Shown: positions 50,501 to 60,910 of the stretch, piece after piece
Position numbering within the stretch: position 1 is the stretch's first letter
How the letters are laid out: every line of letters starts with the position of its first letter
Assembly (NCBI GenBank): GCA_965205425.1
Contig: CBDBGZ010000009.1
Span: 608,001 to 672,000 of the forward strand
DNA length: 64,000 nucleotides
Direction of reading: 5' to 3'
Source: Nitrosopumilus sp.
Lineage (GTDB): Archaea > Thermoproteota > Nitrososphaeria > Nitrososphaerales > Nitrosopumilaceae
Program-made: the position numbers and the translations under genes
Notes under the pieces: model-generated
The model's database searches: none
Told to the model about the DNA's origin: nothing
Seen by the model: the letters and a program-made list of their open reading frames with translations, nothing else

Positions 50501-51412
50501 ATGGAGGCAACCGCATTTTGTCCAGCTCACATTACAGGTTTTTTCAAAGCCCATTTAGAAGACAATCACGATAATTTAGAAAATTTAGGGTCAATGGGAG
50601 CAGGTTTCTCAATTAAGCAAGGAGTAACTACTAGAGTAAAAGTAAAGCAAAAAGATAATCAAGAATCAAATTTTAAAATTACAACTCATGGATATCAATC
50701 AGATAAAACAGATGTTTCAGAATATGTATTAAATGAATTTTTGAAACTAGGAGAATTTACAAATAAATTTTTTGAAATAGAGCATGACATTACAATTCCA
50801 GTTGGATATGGTTTAGGATCAAGTAGTGCAGTTGCATTATCTTTATCATTTGCATTAGATCAAGCCCTTGAAACAAAACTAGATAGAATAATCATAGGTC
50901 AAATTGCACATAACGCAGAAGTAAATTGTAAAACAGGACTCGGTGATGTTTTAGCTTCGTATCATGGTGGATTTGAAATTCGTGTTAAACCAGGAGCTCC
51001 AGGAATTGGTCATGTTGAAAAAATAGATACTGAAAAAATTTCTATTATTATGATTTGTTTCTCACCAATTTCTACAAATAAATTCATCAAAGAACGATTA
51101 TCTCAAATTAATGGTTTAGGAGGAAAAATGGTAAATAAATTATTAGAATCAAAAAACTATGAACATTTTCAAGATATGTCTTTAGAATTTGCAAAATATG
51201 TAGATGTTATGACCCCTAGAATGCAGAAACTAGTTGATGAGTTATCTGAAAATAATATTAAATGTGGAATAGCTCTTTTCGGTGAAACAATTTTTTCAAT
51301 GGTACCACAAAAAGAAGAATCCAAAGTGGTAGAAATTTTACAAAAATATTCTGATGGAATAATAATTCAATCAGAACTAGATGATAACGGAGCAAGGGTT
51401 CTTAATAATTAA
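50501..51412 (+). CDS. pok: Pantoate kinase (GHMP family)
   Basis: P.HITGFF, GS.GAG, PVGYGLGSS and AH.AEV...TGLGDV motifs; first gene of the CoA operon. Confidence 0.92.
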   Translation: MEATAFCPAHITGFFKAHLEDNHDNLENLGSMGAGFSIKQGVTTRVKVKQKDNQESNFKITTHGYQSDKTDVSEYVLNEFLKLGEFTNKFFEIEHDITIPVGYGLGSSSAVALSLSFALDQALETKLDRIIIGQIAHNAEVNCKTGLGDVLASYHGGFEIRVKPGAPGIGHVEKIDTEKISIIMICFSPISTNKFIKERLSQINGLGGKMVNKLLESKNYEHFQDMSLEFAKYVDVMTPRMQKLVDELSENNIKCGIALFGETIFSMVPQKEESKVVEILQKYSDGIIIQSELDDNGARVLNN

Positions 51413-51421
51413 TTAAAAATC

Positions 51422-52186
51422 ATGCCATTAATTCCTAAATCTCATCCAAGAGTAAAATCATTATTGATTCGTGAAAAATTAGTTGATGGATTTGATAAAG
51501 GATTAGTGGCTAAAGAGGGACTTTTGGCTCAAGGTAGAGGTGAAGCATTTGATTATCTTCTTGGGGAGAAAACAGGAAAAGCTGCATCGCAAGCAATCAA
51601 AGCTGCAGCAGCACAATTACTTCTAGCAGAAATGCCTGTCATTTCAATCAATGGAAACATCGCAGCATTATGTCCAAAACAAATTGTCAAGCTATCAAAT
51701 CAGATTAAAGCAAAATTAGAGGTGAATCTATTCTATTCCAATGAGAAAAGAAAACAGGCAATTATCAAAACTCTCAAAAAAAATGGTGCAAAGGAAATTT
51801 TAGGTACAAAAAGTACTTCATCTAAAAAACTACCAGGAATTGATTCAGCAAGACGAATTGTAGATAAAGATGGGATTTTTGTAGCAGATGTAGTAGTAGT
51901 TCCATTAGAAGATGGAGATAGAACGATGGCACTTAGAAAAGCAGGTAAAACAGTCATAACATTTGATCTAAATCCTCTTTCAAGAACCTCACAGACTGCA
52001 AACATTACAATTGTAGATAATGTGACAAGAGCAATTGATTTGTTAATTAATGAATCAAAAAAACTTTCAAAAAAGAACCAAAAAAGTCTTTTAAAAATTA
52101 TTGATGAATTTGATAATAAGAAAAATCTAAGAGAAAATGTCATGCAAATAAAAAATAATTTAACAAGGAGAGCAAAAATTGCATAA
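51422..52186 (+). CDS. pps: 4-phosphopantoate--beta-alanine ligase (phosphopantothenate synthetase)
   Basis: IP.SHPR..SL..RE, GRGEAFDYL.GE, PLEDGDR and DLNPLSRT motifs. Confidence 0.94.
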   Translation: MPLIPKSHPRVKSLLIREKLVDGFDKGLVAKEGLLAQGRGEAFDYLLGEKTGKAASQAIKAAAAQLLLAEMPVISINGNIAALCPKQIVKLSNQIKAKLEVNLFYSNEKRKQAIIKTLKKNGAKEILGTKSTSSKKLPGIDSARRIVDKDGIFVADVVVVPLEDGDRTMALRKAGKTVITFDLNPLSRTSQTANITIVDNVTRAIDLLINESKKLSKKNQKSLLKIIDEFDNKKNLRENVMQIKNNLTRRAKIA

Positions 52187-53018
52187 AACTGTTCAAGATA
52201 TAATTAAAATGAAAAATGAAAAGAAGAAAATTTCAGTCATAACAAGTTATGATTATACTTTAGCTTCATTATGCGATAAATCTGGAATTGATATTCTGTT
52301 AGTAGGTGACAGCGCAGGAATGGTAATGCTTGGATATGAAAATACAATTCCTGTAACTATGGATCAAATGTGTATGTTTACAGAAGCTGTTAGTAGAGCA
52401 AGAAAAGATTCCTTACTTGTATCAGATTTACCTTTCATGTCATATCAAGCAAGTATTGAAGATGCCATAAATAATTCTGGTAGATTAATCAAAGCTGGTG
52501 CAGATGCAATAAAACTTGAGGGTGGATCAATAATGGCTGAAACAATTAGTGCTATTGTAGATGTAGGAATTCCTGTTATGGGTCATATAGGATTACAACC
52601 TCAAACTACAATGCTATCAGAAGGATACAAAGTTCAAGGTAAAACAAAAGATTCTGCAATAAAATTAATCGAAGATGCAAAAGAGCTTGAAGATGCTGGA
52701 GTTTTCAGTATTGCATTAGAAATGGTTAGTCATGAAGTTGCTCAAATAATTTCTGAAACAGTCAGTGTACCAGTAATAGGAATTGGTTCAGGAGTAAACT
52801 GTGATGGTCAGGTACTTGTTGTTCAAGATTTACTAGGTATGTATGACAAAATAAAACCAAAATTTGCAAAAAGATACATGAATCTGTCTGAAGATATTGT
52901 AAAATCACTTGAAAATTATCGAAGCGATGTAGAATCAGGCCAATTTCCTACTAAAGAAAATTCATTTTCAATGAATGAAGAAGAACTGAAGAAATTACGT
53001 GAACAACTTGGCAGCTAA
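52179..53018 (+). CDS. panB: 3-methyl-2-oxobutanoate hydroxymethyltransferase
   Basis: LLVGDS, DLPF.SY, KLEGG, GHIGL.PQ and DGQVLV motifs. Confidence 0.97.
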   Translation: MHKTVQDIIKMKNEKKKISVITSYDYTLASLCDKSGIDILLVGDSAGMVMLGYENTIPVTMDQMCMFTEAVSRARKDSLLVSDLPFMSYQASIEDAINNSGRLIKAGADAIKLEGGSIMAETISAIVDVGIPVMGHIGLQPQTTMLSEGYKVQGKTKDSAIKLIEDAKELEDAGVFSIALEMVSHEVAQIISETVSVPVIGIGSGVNCDGQVLVVQDLLGMYDKIKPKFAKRYMNLSEDIVKSLENYRSDVESGQFPTKENSFSMNEEELKKLREQLGS

Positions 53019-54258
53019 AAAGAAAATTAACAAAAAAGATCATCCATCTTTGGATATAGTTAGCTCATATGGAGTTGAATTATCTGGAAAAAAAATTGTA
53101 CTGTGTGTTGCAGGTAGTGTTGCAGCATACAAATCAATAGAACTTGCAAGATTACTAATGAGACATGGTGCAGATGTAAAATGTGTAACAAGTAATGCAG
53201 TTACAAAATTAATTCAACCAGAATATTTCAAATGGGCTACAGGGAATGAAGTAATTACAAAACTTACTGGTGAATTAGAACACATTAGATTAGCAGACTA
53301 TAATCAATCAGATCTAGTAATAGTGTATCCTGCAACTGCAAACACATTAGGAAAATTAGCAAATGGAATTGATGATACGCCTGTATCAACAGTACTTACA
53401 GTAGGTTTTGGCTCAAAAATTCCAATTTTGATGTGTCTTGCTATGCATGCATCAATGTATGAAAATTCAGCAGTTAAAAAAAATATTGAATTTCTAAAAA
53501 ATAAAATTGAATTTCTTTCCCCTAAAATGATTGAAGGTAAAGCAAAATCACCTGAACCTGAAGATGTCTTAGAAAATGTATTAAAGAAATTTGGGTTTTC
53601 ATCGGTATTAAAAAATAAAAAAGTGTTAATGACTGCAGGACCCACAATTGAATACATTGATCCGGTTAGAGTAATTACAAATTTGAGTTCTGGAAAAACA
53701 GGTTCACTTTTAGCATCTGAATTAATTTCTGCAGGGGCTAAAGTAACTCTAGTTTATGGTCCTGCAAATCAAGAACCACCAATTGGTGCCAAAGTAATCA
53801 ATGTTGCAACCAACAAAGAAATGTTTGATGAGACAAAGAAAGAACTGAAGAAAAAATATGATATTGTAATTATGGCTGCAGCCGCTTCAGATTATACTCC
53901 ACTAAAAACATCAAAATCTAAGATAAAAAGTGACAAAGAATCACTTGTAATTAGGCTCAAAAAAGCCCCAAAAATCATTGATCAAGTAAAAAAATTACAA
54001 AAAGATGCACTTCTAATTGGATTCAAAGCAGAGACGAATCTAACCAAAAATGCATTAATCAAATCTGCACAAAAAAAGATCAAAGACTCGGGTGCAGATA
54101 TTATTATTGCAAATGACATTGGCAAAAAATACCAAAAAAATACAGATTATAATCAAGTATTTTTTGTAGATGATAAAAAAATAACTACATCTGGTTGGAA
54201 GAAAAAAGAAAAAATTGTGAAGTTTATCAGAAAAGAAATTGAAAAGAAAATAAAATGA
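52999..54258 (+). CDS. coaBC: Bifunctional phosphopantothenoylcysteine decarboxylase/synthetase
   Basis: GSVAAYK, PATANT, TAGPT.E.IDPVR...N.SSGK and GFKAE motifs. Confidence 0.96.
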   Translation: MNNLAAKKKINKKDHPSLDIVSSYGVELSGKKIVLCVAGSVAAYKSIELARLLMRHGADVKCVTSNAVTKLIQPEYFKWATGNEVITKLTGELEHIRLADYNQSDLVIVYPATANTLGKLANGIDDTPVSTVLTVGFGSKIPILMCLAMHASMYENSAVKKNIEFLKNKIEFLSPKMIEGKAKSPEPEDVLENVLKKFGFSSVLKNKKVLMTAGPTIEYIDPVRVITNLSSGKTGSLLASELISAGAKVTLVYGPANQEPPIGAKVINVATNKEMFDETKKELKKKYDIVIMAAAASDYTPLKTSKSKIKSDKESLVIRLKKAPKIIDQVKKLQKDALLIGFKAETNLTKNALIKSAQKKIKDSGADIIIANDIGKKYQKNTDYNQVFFVDDKKITTSGWKKKEKIVKFIRKEIEKKIK

Positions 54259-54434
54259 AAAATTCTGATATCAAAAAACTAATTTCACAATACAAAGATA
54301 CTATCATGAAACAAAAAAAGAAAAATGCTGATAGTTTTAGATTATCTGAAAAACTCAAAGAGATAGAACATAGATACTATCATGAAACAGGAAGAACATT
54401 AAAATCAGATTTAGATAATTTTAAAGAAGATTGA
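54255..54434 (+). CDS. 59-aa hypothetical protein (not in ORF track)
   Basis: MKNSDIKKLISQYKDTIMKQKKKNADSFRLSEKLKEIEHRYYHETGRTLKSDLDNFKED; 4-nt overlaps with both neighbours. Confidence 0.72.
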   Translation: MKNSDIKKLISQYKDTIMKQKKKNADSFRLSEKLKEIEHRYYHETGRTLKSDLDNFKED

Positions 54435-55267
54435 AGCAATCTGAATATAAAAAACGAAACATGACAATCTGGAATGAGGTTGCGCCAAGGTATCATAAAA
54501 GATGGGCATCTGAAGATAAAGGACCATTTGCAAGTACAAAAAAGTTAGTGTGTTTGGTTGATATTAAAAAAGGAAACAAAGTACTTGATGTTGCATGTGG
54601 AACAGGAGTTGTTATAAAAAAATTAACCCAAAAAGTTGGTAAAACTGGATATGTAATTGGTACAGATACTTCAATTACTGCAATAAAGATTGCAAAAAAA
54701 TGGAATAATAAAACATCCAATCTGTTTTTTGTAAATGCTGATGCTGAGAATTTATCATTTAAAGAAAAGTTTGATATTATTACATGTCAATACGCATTGT
54801 TTTTTTTTCCAAATGCCTCAAAGGCTCTAAAAAATATGAGAAAAAATCTCAAAGTATCAGGCAAATTAGGCATGTCTGTGCATGGTCATAGAGAGAGAGT
54901 ACCATATTTTGGAAATATTTTAGATGCTGTTACCCAGTTTATTCCAGAGTATATTCCGCCAGGAACTCCAGACTTGGATAGATTTGGTACAAAAAAATCA
55001 TTTAGAGATGAGGTGAGAAAAGCTGGATTTTCAAATGTCATAGTCAAAGATTATACTTTCAAGTATAGTCCAGGTAATTTTGATGATTATTGGAGAAATT
55101 ATCTCAAATATGTTGCAAAACCAATCAAAGAAAAATTAAACTCACTTGATAAATCACAAAGGAAAGAACTCAAAGAAATGATTAGAGAAAATACAAAACC
55201 ACACACAAAAAGAAATGGAATTATACAATTTCCTTGGGAAGTTTTAATTTTAACAGCAAAATACTAA
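54431..55267 (+). CDS. Class I SAM-dependent methyltransferase (UbiE-like)
   Basis: VLDVACGTG, ADAE.L and FD motifs. Confidence 0.9.
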   Translation: MKQSEYKKRNMTIWNEVAPRYHKRWASEDKGPFASTKKLVCLVDIKKGNKVLDVACGTGVVIKKLTQKVGKTGYVIGTDTSITAIKIAKKWNNKTSNLFFVNADAENLSFKEKFDIITCQYALFFFPNASKALKNMRKNLKVSGKLGMSVHGHRERVPYFGNILDAVTQFIPEYIPPGTPDLDRFGTKKSFRDEVRKAGFSNVIVKDYTFKYSPGNFDDYWRNYLKYVAKPIKEKLNSLDKSQRKELKEMIRENTKPHTKRNGIIQFPWEVLILTAKY

Positions 55268-55279
55268 AAATTAAGAGAA

Positions 55280-55765
55280 ATGGCCAAAGACAAGAAAAAG
55301 AAAGAAGAAGAAAAACCAAAAAAGAATGATTTCAAGTCATTCCTAAAAAAAAGAGCTCCAATCTATCTTGCTTTGATCGCAATGTTAGTAGTATTTGTAA
55401 TTCCTGAATATACCAAAGGAACACTAGAGAAAAGTTTTCCAGAATTTTCAGCTGAAGAACAATTGGTTGTAGATATTTTGATGAAATATGATGGTCCAAA
55501 TAATGATGGATTAACAGTTTTAGAAGCATTAGAGAATAAAATAGATGAAGAATATCCTAATGAAAAAATCTATGATCATAAAAAGACTGTTGTTGATTTA
55601 GTTGTAACAGGTATAGATTCTGAAGAATACAATGTAAATTTTAATTTTAAATCACATAATGGTGAAATGAATTATGATTGGAATGTAAATATAATTTCTG
55701 AAGAAATTTCTTCTAACAATCCAGATGCAAAATACATAATTGATTTAGTAAATTATTATGATTAG
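55280..55765 (+). CDS. Single-TM hypothetical protein
   Basis: Basic N-terminus, TM segment, acidic domain. Confidence 0.75.
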   Translation: MAKDKKKKEEEKPKKNDFKSFLKKRAPIYLALIAMLVVFVIPEYTKGTLEKSFPEFSAEEQLVVDILMKYDGPNNDGLTVLEALENKIDEEYPNEKIYDHKKTVVDLVVTGIDSEEYNVNFNFKSHNGEMNYDWNVNIISEEISSNNPDAKYIIDLVNYYD

Positions 55766-55767
55766 GC

Positions 55768-56832
55768 TCAGATTGTAACTAAATCTTTAGTAAATTTGTG
55801 CATTACAATTGGTCTATCCTTTACAATCAATGAATCTTCAATTCTTATTCCAAATTTATTTTGAATGTAGATTCCTGGTTCTACAGTAATTGCCATATTT
55901 TCTTTTAGTTTAGTATTACTTCTGTAAGAAACAGTTGGGAGTTCATGTACTTCTAATCCAATACCATGACCTGTCGAATGAATAAAATATTTGCCATAAT
56001 TTTTTTCTTCAATAAATTTTCTACATGCAGTATCAACATCTTTGCAATCAATATTTGGTTTTACGGATTTTAGACCAAGTTTCTGAGATTCTTTAACAAT
56101 TTCATACGCTTCATTTGCTTGTGATGGAATTTTTCCTAGTGCAAATGTTCTTGTTGCATCAGAAACGTATCCTTTGTATCTTAATGTAAGATCAGTTACT
56201 ACAAGATCACCTTTTTTGAATTTTCTGTTAGTTACTTGTGCATGTGGAAGTGCACCATTTGGGCCTCCAGCAATTATCAATGGATTTAGTGTAGATTTGT
56301 AACCAGTATCAAACATTTCTTGTTCCATTGCATATGTCATCAAAATTGTTTGTAATTCTGATTCTTTTTGACCAACTTTCATCTTTTTTGAACAAATTTG
56401 GAACATTTCATCAATGATTTTTGATGCTTTTTTGAGAATTTGGATTTCTTTTTCATCTTTTATTATTCTGGCATTGTAAAATGGTTCAGTTGATGATTTT
56501 ATTTTTGGTATTGATTTTCTCAATGACATCATAATAGAGTAATTTTGGCAATCAGTACAAACTCGATTTTTCTTTATTTTCTTAATTACAGATGAAATTA
56601 GTCCTTCTCCACGTTCAGCCGTTATAACATCACAATCTTCAGATTCTTCTATTGCTCTTCCTACTTCTAATTCAGGAGCAATAATGGTAGTTTTTCCATT
56701 TTTTTCAAGTAAACCAATTGCCTCACCCCAAAATCCGGTCATATAGAATAGATTTTCAGGCTCAAATGTAACTAACGTATCACAATCGATCTTTTGAGCG
56801 TATTTTAGAAGATTCTTTCTGCGTTGCTTCAT
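55768..56832 (-). CDS. Xaa-Pro peptidase (M24B)
   Basis: ALPH, D..GY.SD.TRT, HSTGHGIGLEVHE, EPG.Y and GIRIED motifs. Confidence 0.95.
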   Translation of the reverse strand: MKQRRKNLLKYAQKIDCDTLVTFEPENLFYMTGFWGEAIGLLEKNGKTTIIAPELEVGRAIEESEDCDVITAERGEGLISSVIKKIKKNRVCTDCQNYSIMMSLRKSIPKIKSSTEPFYNARIIKDEKEIQILKKASKIIDEMFQICSKKMKVGQKESELQTILMTYAMEQEMFDTGYKSTLNPLIIAGGPNGALPHAQVTNRKFKKGDLVVTDLTLRYKGYVSDATRTFALGKIPSQANEAYEIVKESQKLGLKSVKPNIDCKDVDTACRKFIEEKNYGKYFIHSTGHGIGLEVHELPTVSYRSNTKLKENMAITVEPGIYIQNKFGIRIEDSLIVKDRPIVMHKFTKDLVTI

Positions 56833-56858
56833 ACAGAAACATCTCTATTTCTCAATTT

Positions 56859-57911
56859 ATGTATGATGTAAAGTTTGTATATGGAAAATTGAACCAGATC
56901 GCAATGGCTGAAGAGAAGAAGAAAGTTGTTGCCTTACTATCTGGAGGATTAGATAGTCAACTTGCAGTAAGAATGATGCAAGAACAAGGTTTTGATGTTT
57001 CAGCTGTTGCAATTAAAACTCCATTTTGTGATTTTGATTGTGGAAGAGGATGTGGTTTTGAAATTAGAGAAAGAGCAGATGATCTTAATGTGAATTTAAA
57101 AACAGTTTATCTTGGTGATGAATACATTGAGATGTTAAAACATCCAAAGCATGGAATAGGTGCTGGATTTAATCCATGTGTAGATTGTAGAACAATGATG
57201 TTTGATGCAGCAAAAAAACACATGGAAGAAATTGGTGCAGAGTTTATTATTTCTGGAGAAGTATTAGGTCAACGTCCAATGAGTCAACATGCACCATCAT
57301 TACATATTATTGAAAATGAATCAAACTTGAAGGGAAAAATTGTTAGACCATTATCAGCTGGTCTCTTACCAGCATCAGATGCTGAAAAAGATGGTTTGAT
57401 TAAAAGAGAAAATCTTGGAATGATTAAAGGAAGACAAAGAAAAATTCAAATGAAAATGGCTAAAGAGTATGGAATTGAAAATCCGCCAAATGCAGGTGGT
57501 GGTTGTTTGTTAACAGAACCACAATTTGGAATCAAAGCTAAAGATTTGTTTGATCATATTGAAACTCCAACAATTAATGAAATTGATTTGTTAAAAATTG
57601 GAAGACATTTTAGATTAGACGAAGAAACAAAATTTGTTGTTGGAAGAAATAAAGATGAAAATGAAATGATCAAAGCATTAGCATTGCCAGGTGATATTTT
57701 ACTTGAGGCTAAAGATTACGTAGGACCAGTTTCAATCTTACGTGGTAAGAATGCAAAATTACATGTAAAATTTGCATCTACGGTAACTTTAAGATATTCA
57801 GATGCACCAAAAACTGAACACAGTGTTGTTTCAGTAAAAAATGGAGATTTGAATGAAGAAATTACTACAGAATGTGCAGAAGAACAATCTTATCTTAAAT
57901 TTAGAATGTAG
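56859..57911 (+). CDS. ThiI/MnmA-like PP-loop tRNA thiolation protein with DUF814 (NFACT-R) domain
   Basis: SGGLDS, NPCVDCR, GEVLGQRPMSQ, GGCLLT and GRHFR motifs. Confidence 0.85.
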   Translation: MYDVKFVYGKLNQIAMAEEKKKVVALLSGGLDSQLAVRMMQEQGFDVSAVAIKTPFCDFDCGRGCGFEIRERADDLNVNLKTVYLGDEYIEMLKHPKHGIGAGFNPCVDCRTMMFDAAKKHMEEIGAEFIISGEVLGQRPMSQHAPSLHIIENESNLKGKIVRPLSAGLLPASDAEKDGLIKRENLGMIKGRQRKIQMKMAKEYGIENPPNAGGGCLLTEPQFGIKAKDLFDHIETPTINEIDLLKIGRHFRLDEETKFVVGRNKDENEMIKALALPGDILLEAKDYVGPVSILRGKNAKLHVKFASTVTLRYSDAPKTEHSVVSVKNGDLNEEITTECAEEQSYLKFRM

Positions 57912-57984
57912 GCGTGAAATTTTTTAAAAATTAGTTAAAACTAAGGAAGAGTTTTTGAGGAAGTAGATCTCATTTTCAACAAGG

Positions 57985-58263
57985 ATGCAAAAACAAGAAA
58001 ATTCCACATATCTAAAGGCCATAACGATTAGAGACATCAGTGATGTTCATTCTATCAAAGAAGACATCAAAAAGGAGATGATCCTAATTCTAAGAGTAAC
58101 ACCATTAGCACAAAAAGACGTGGAACAACTTCGTAAAGTAGTTGAAGAGTTGTATTCTATTGCAAAAGCTGAAGATGCTGAAATCGCAAGACTAGGAGAA
58201 GAGAGAATCATAATTGCTCCATCTAGTATAAAGATCTGGAAACCAGAATACGATCTAAAATAA
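57985..58263 (+). CDS. sepF: Archaeal SepF-like cell division protein
   Basis: IK..I....ILILR.TPL...D...L...V.EL...IARLGEERII..P pattern. Confidence 0.75.
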   Translation: MQKQENSTYLKAITIRDISDVHSIKEDIKKEMILILRVTPLAQKDVEQLRKVVEELYSIAKAEDAEIARLGEERIIIAPSSIKIWKPEYDLK

Positions 58264-60195
58264 TTTTATTGCTTCTTGAACTTGTGGATAATGTGCAGGT
58301 ACCTTATACATTCGTCTAATATTCATAGCAAGATTTTCTGATTTCTTACGTTCTCCGTGATTTACTAATACACGTCGAAGTTTTGGTCGTAATCTTTGCA
58401 CAAATGACATTAGTTGATTATAATCACTATGTCCACTAAATCCATCTAATTTTTCTACACCACAATTAATTGAAACAACTTCAACTTTACCCTCTTTGCC
58501 CAACATTGTTGCTTGTTTAGAACCATCTAGAACTCTTCTTCCCAAAGTTCCATTTACTTGATAAGAAACAAACAGAACTTTGTTCTTTTTATCAGGTGCT
58601 ATATTTTTGAAATATTCTAAAACAGGTCCACCTTCTAACATTCCAGATGTAGCCAAGATAATGCATGGAGAATTATCCCTCATTGGTTCTTCTCTAGCAT
58701 CAGCGTGTTCAATGTTGGTAAAGTATTCAGAATCAAATGGATTATCATCAGTTTCTAGAATTTTTTGTTTTAGTTCTCTTGCAAGGTATTCAGGATAGGA
58801 TTCATGTATTGCTGATGCCTCAGAGATCATTCCTTCTGTAAATACAGGTGCTTCAACCATTTCTCCTGATTTCATGTAATGATCAATTACCATCATAATT
58901 TCTTGTGCACGTCCAACTGCAGGAATTGGAATTAAGACTTTACCTCCATCAGCCAAGGTATTGTTTACAGCATTAATGAAAGCAGATTCTACTTCTTGTC
59001 GAGTTGGTTGAATATCTTCTTTAAGACCATATGTACTTTCAATCAATAATGTTTCTACTCTTGGGAAATTCCAACTAGCAGCTTCAAACAAAATACTTTT
59101 TCCAAATTTAATATCACCTGAATAAACAAAGTTGTGATCACCATTTCCAATATGAAAATGACATAAAGCTGAACCTAGAATGTGTCCAGCATTTGCAAGT
59201 ACAAGTTTAATGTCAGGGGAAATATCAGTAACAGTTCCATATGGTAAAGTAATTGTTTGTCTCATAATCTGTTTAACATCTCGTTCAGAATAGATTGGAG
59301 TTCTACCTTGAGCAGAAGCTACTTTGATTGCATCTAATTGGATCAAATTCATCATTGGTAATGTTGGTTCAGTACAATAGATTGGACCTTTGTATCCATA
59401 TTTACATAATGTTGGTAAAAATCCAGTATGATCTAGGTGTGCATGTCCAATAACTATGGCATCAAGTTCATCCAATGTTATGTTTAAGGAATCTAATCTT
59501 GGAAATGCATCCATAGGAGAGCGCGCACCAGGATTTATTCCACAATCAATTAGGATTTTACTCTCAGGAGTTGATAGTAGTAATGAAGATCTTCCTACTT
59601 GACCAAATCCACCAAGAGTATAAAGTGAAACTTCTGTTCTTTGAGATAATCTAGGTCTAAAAATCTCATCACCAACCTGCTTAAGCTGTTTACTTCGTTC
59701 AACTGAGGCTTGTTTTAAAGTAGCATTGATTGTTTGAATTGTACGTGAAGGGATAGTAGTAGCTTTTCTAACACGTAATCTCCATCCTATTTTTTCAGTA
59801 ACTTCAGCATGATTGAATTCTTTAGCATTTCTTTGTAATAACCAAGGTCTTTTTGCTTCTATAGATACTTCACCAGTTGCAGTATCAAAAATTGTTCCTT
59901 GAAGATTTGCTTCTTTTGGAACACAATCAGCTAAGATTTTTCTAGCTTCATCTTCAGGTTTTCTAATTGATTCATCAGTTCGAACAACAATTCTTTTTTT
60001 AATAATATTTACAAGATTAGAAATTGTATCATTGTTTTCCATCAAGTAACGTGGAGAATTTGTATAAAGAGCAATTCTTGGTCCTTCATATTCTATTTTT
60101 GTTACACTTGCCTCTTTTGGTATACTTTGCAGTATGGTGGCCATTATATTCTGGCTAGTAGGAGGTAAATCTTTTGATTGTTGTTTTCTTTGCAT
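58255..60195 (-). CDS. Beta-CASP ribonuclease aCPSF1 / termination factor FttA (probable ATG 60195)
   Basis: KH domains (IEYEGP), LGG..QVGRS, HAHLDH, AGHILGS, GFSGHSD and HGE motifs; downstream of psmB. Confidence 0.96.
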   Translation of the reverse strand: MQRKQQSKDLPPTSQNIMATILQSIPKEASVTKIEYEGPRIALYTNSPRYLMENNDTISNLVNIIKKRIVVRTDESIRKPEDEARKILADCVPKEANLQGTIFDTATGEVSIEAKRPWLLQRNAKEFNHAEVTEKIGWRLRVRKATTIPSRTIQTINATLKQASVERSKQLKQVGDEIFRPRLSQRTEVSLYTLGGFGQVGRSSLLLSTPESKILIDCGINPGARSPMDAFPRLDSLNITLDELDAIVIGHAHLDHTGFLPTLCKYGYKGPIYCTEPTLPMMNLIQLDAIKVASAQGRTPIYSERDVKQIMRQTITLPYGTVTDISPDIKLVLANAGHILGSALCHFHIGNGDHNFVYSGDIKFGKSILFEAASWNFPRVETLLIESTYGLKEDIQPTRQEVESAFINAVNNTLADGGKVLIPIPAVGRAQEIMMVIDHYMKSGEMVEAPVFTEGMISEASAIHESYPEYLARELKQKILETDDNPFDSEYFTNIEHADAREEPMRDNSPCIILATSGMLEGGPVLEYFKNIAPDKKNKVLFVSYQVNGTLGRRVLDGSKQATMLGKEGKVEVVSINCGVEKLDGFSGHSDYNQLMSFVQRLRPKLRRVLVNHGERKKSENLAMNIRRMYKVPAHYPQVQEAIKLF

Positions 60196-60202
60196 TAAAT
60201 CA

Positions 60203-60835
60203 CTAAAGTTTGATGACGGCTTTCTTTTGCTCATCAGTTAATAGACGGAAACCATCTTTGTCCATAATTGCGACATTAATTCCGTCACCTGTACCAATGT
60301 TTCTAACTATTGCGGCTTTAACAGCTCGTAGAGCTACTTGTTTTGCTTCTTCAACTGTAAGGTCTTCTCTATATTCTTCTTCTAGTAAACCATAAGCAAC
60401 TGGAGAACCGCTACCAGTTGTTACATATGATTTCTCTTCAACTGAACCAAACATATCGACATTAAATAAAGAAGGACCATTTGCATCATATCCACCAAGT
60501 AAGATATCAGCCATGAATGGATATCCTCTATTTTGATGAAATATCAAAGAACAAAGTCTTGCAAGGGAATGAATTGAAATGTCACCTTGTTTTTCAACTC
60601 TGTGAAGATTAGAATGATAGCGTAAAATATCTACAATGTTTTGTGCGTCTGCAACACCACCGGCCAAGGTTAATCCTGCGTGTTGATCAATTTGTTGAAT
60701 TTTCATAGTGTTGTTATTTGCAATAAAATAGCCCGCACTGGCTCTCATATCAGCACATAATACGACACCGTCTTTAGCCTTAATACCTACAGTGGTAGTC
60801 CCATGCAAAATTTTTTCTTCAACGTTATTTGACAA
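60203..60835 (-). CDS. psmB: Proteasome beta subunit
   Basis: Propeptide HG|TTTVG, G.VADAQ and GSGSP.AYG motifs. Confidence 0.96.
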   Translation of the reverse strand: MSNNVEEKILHGTTTVGIKAKDGVVLCADMRASAGYFIANNNTMKIQQIDQHAGLTLAGGVADAQNIVDILRYHSNLHRVEKQGDISIHSLARLCSLIFHQNRGYPFMADILLGGYDANGPSLFNVDMFGSVEEKSYVTTGSGSPVAYGLLEEEYREDLTVEEAKQVALRAVKAAIVRNIGTGDGINVAIMDKDGFRLLTDEQKKAVIKL

Positions 60836-60910
60836 AATACACCTACTAAGATAAAGTGAAGTGAATCAATCCCTTTTAAATAACTTTTTGATCCCTTGAA
60901 ATCATAAATA

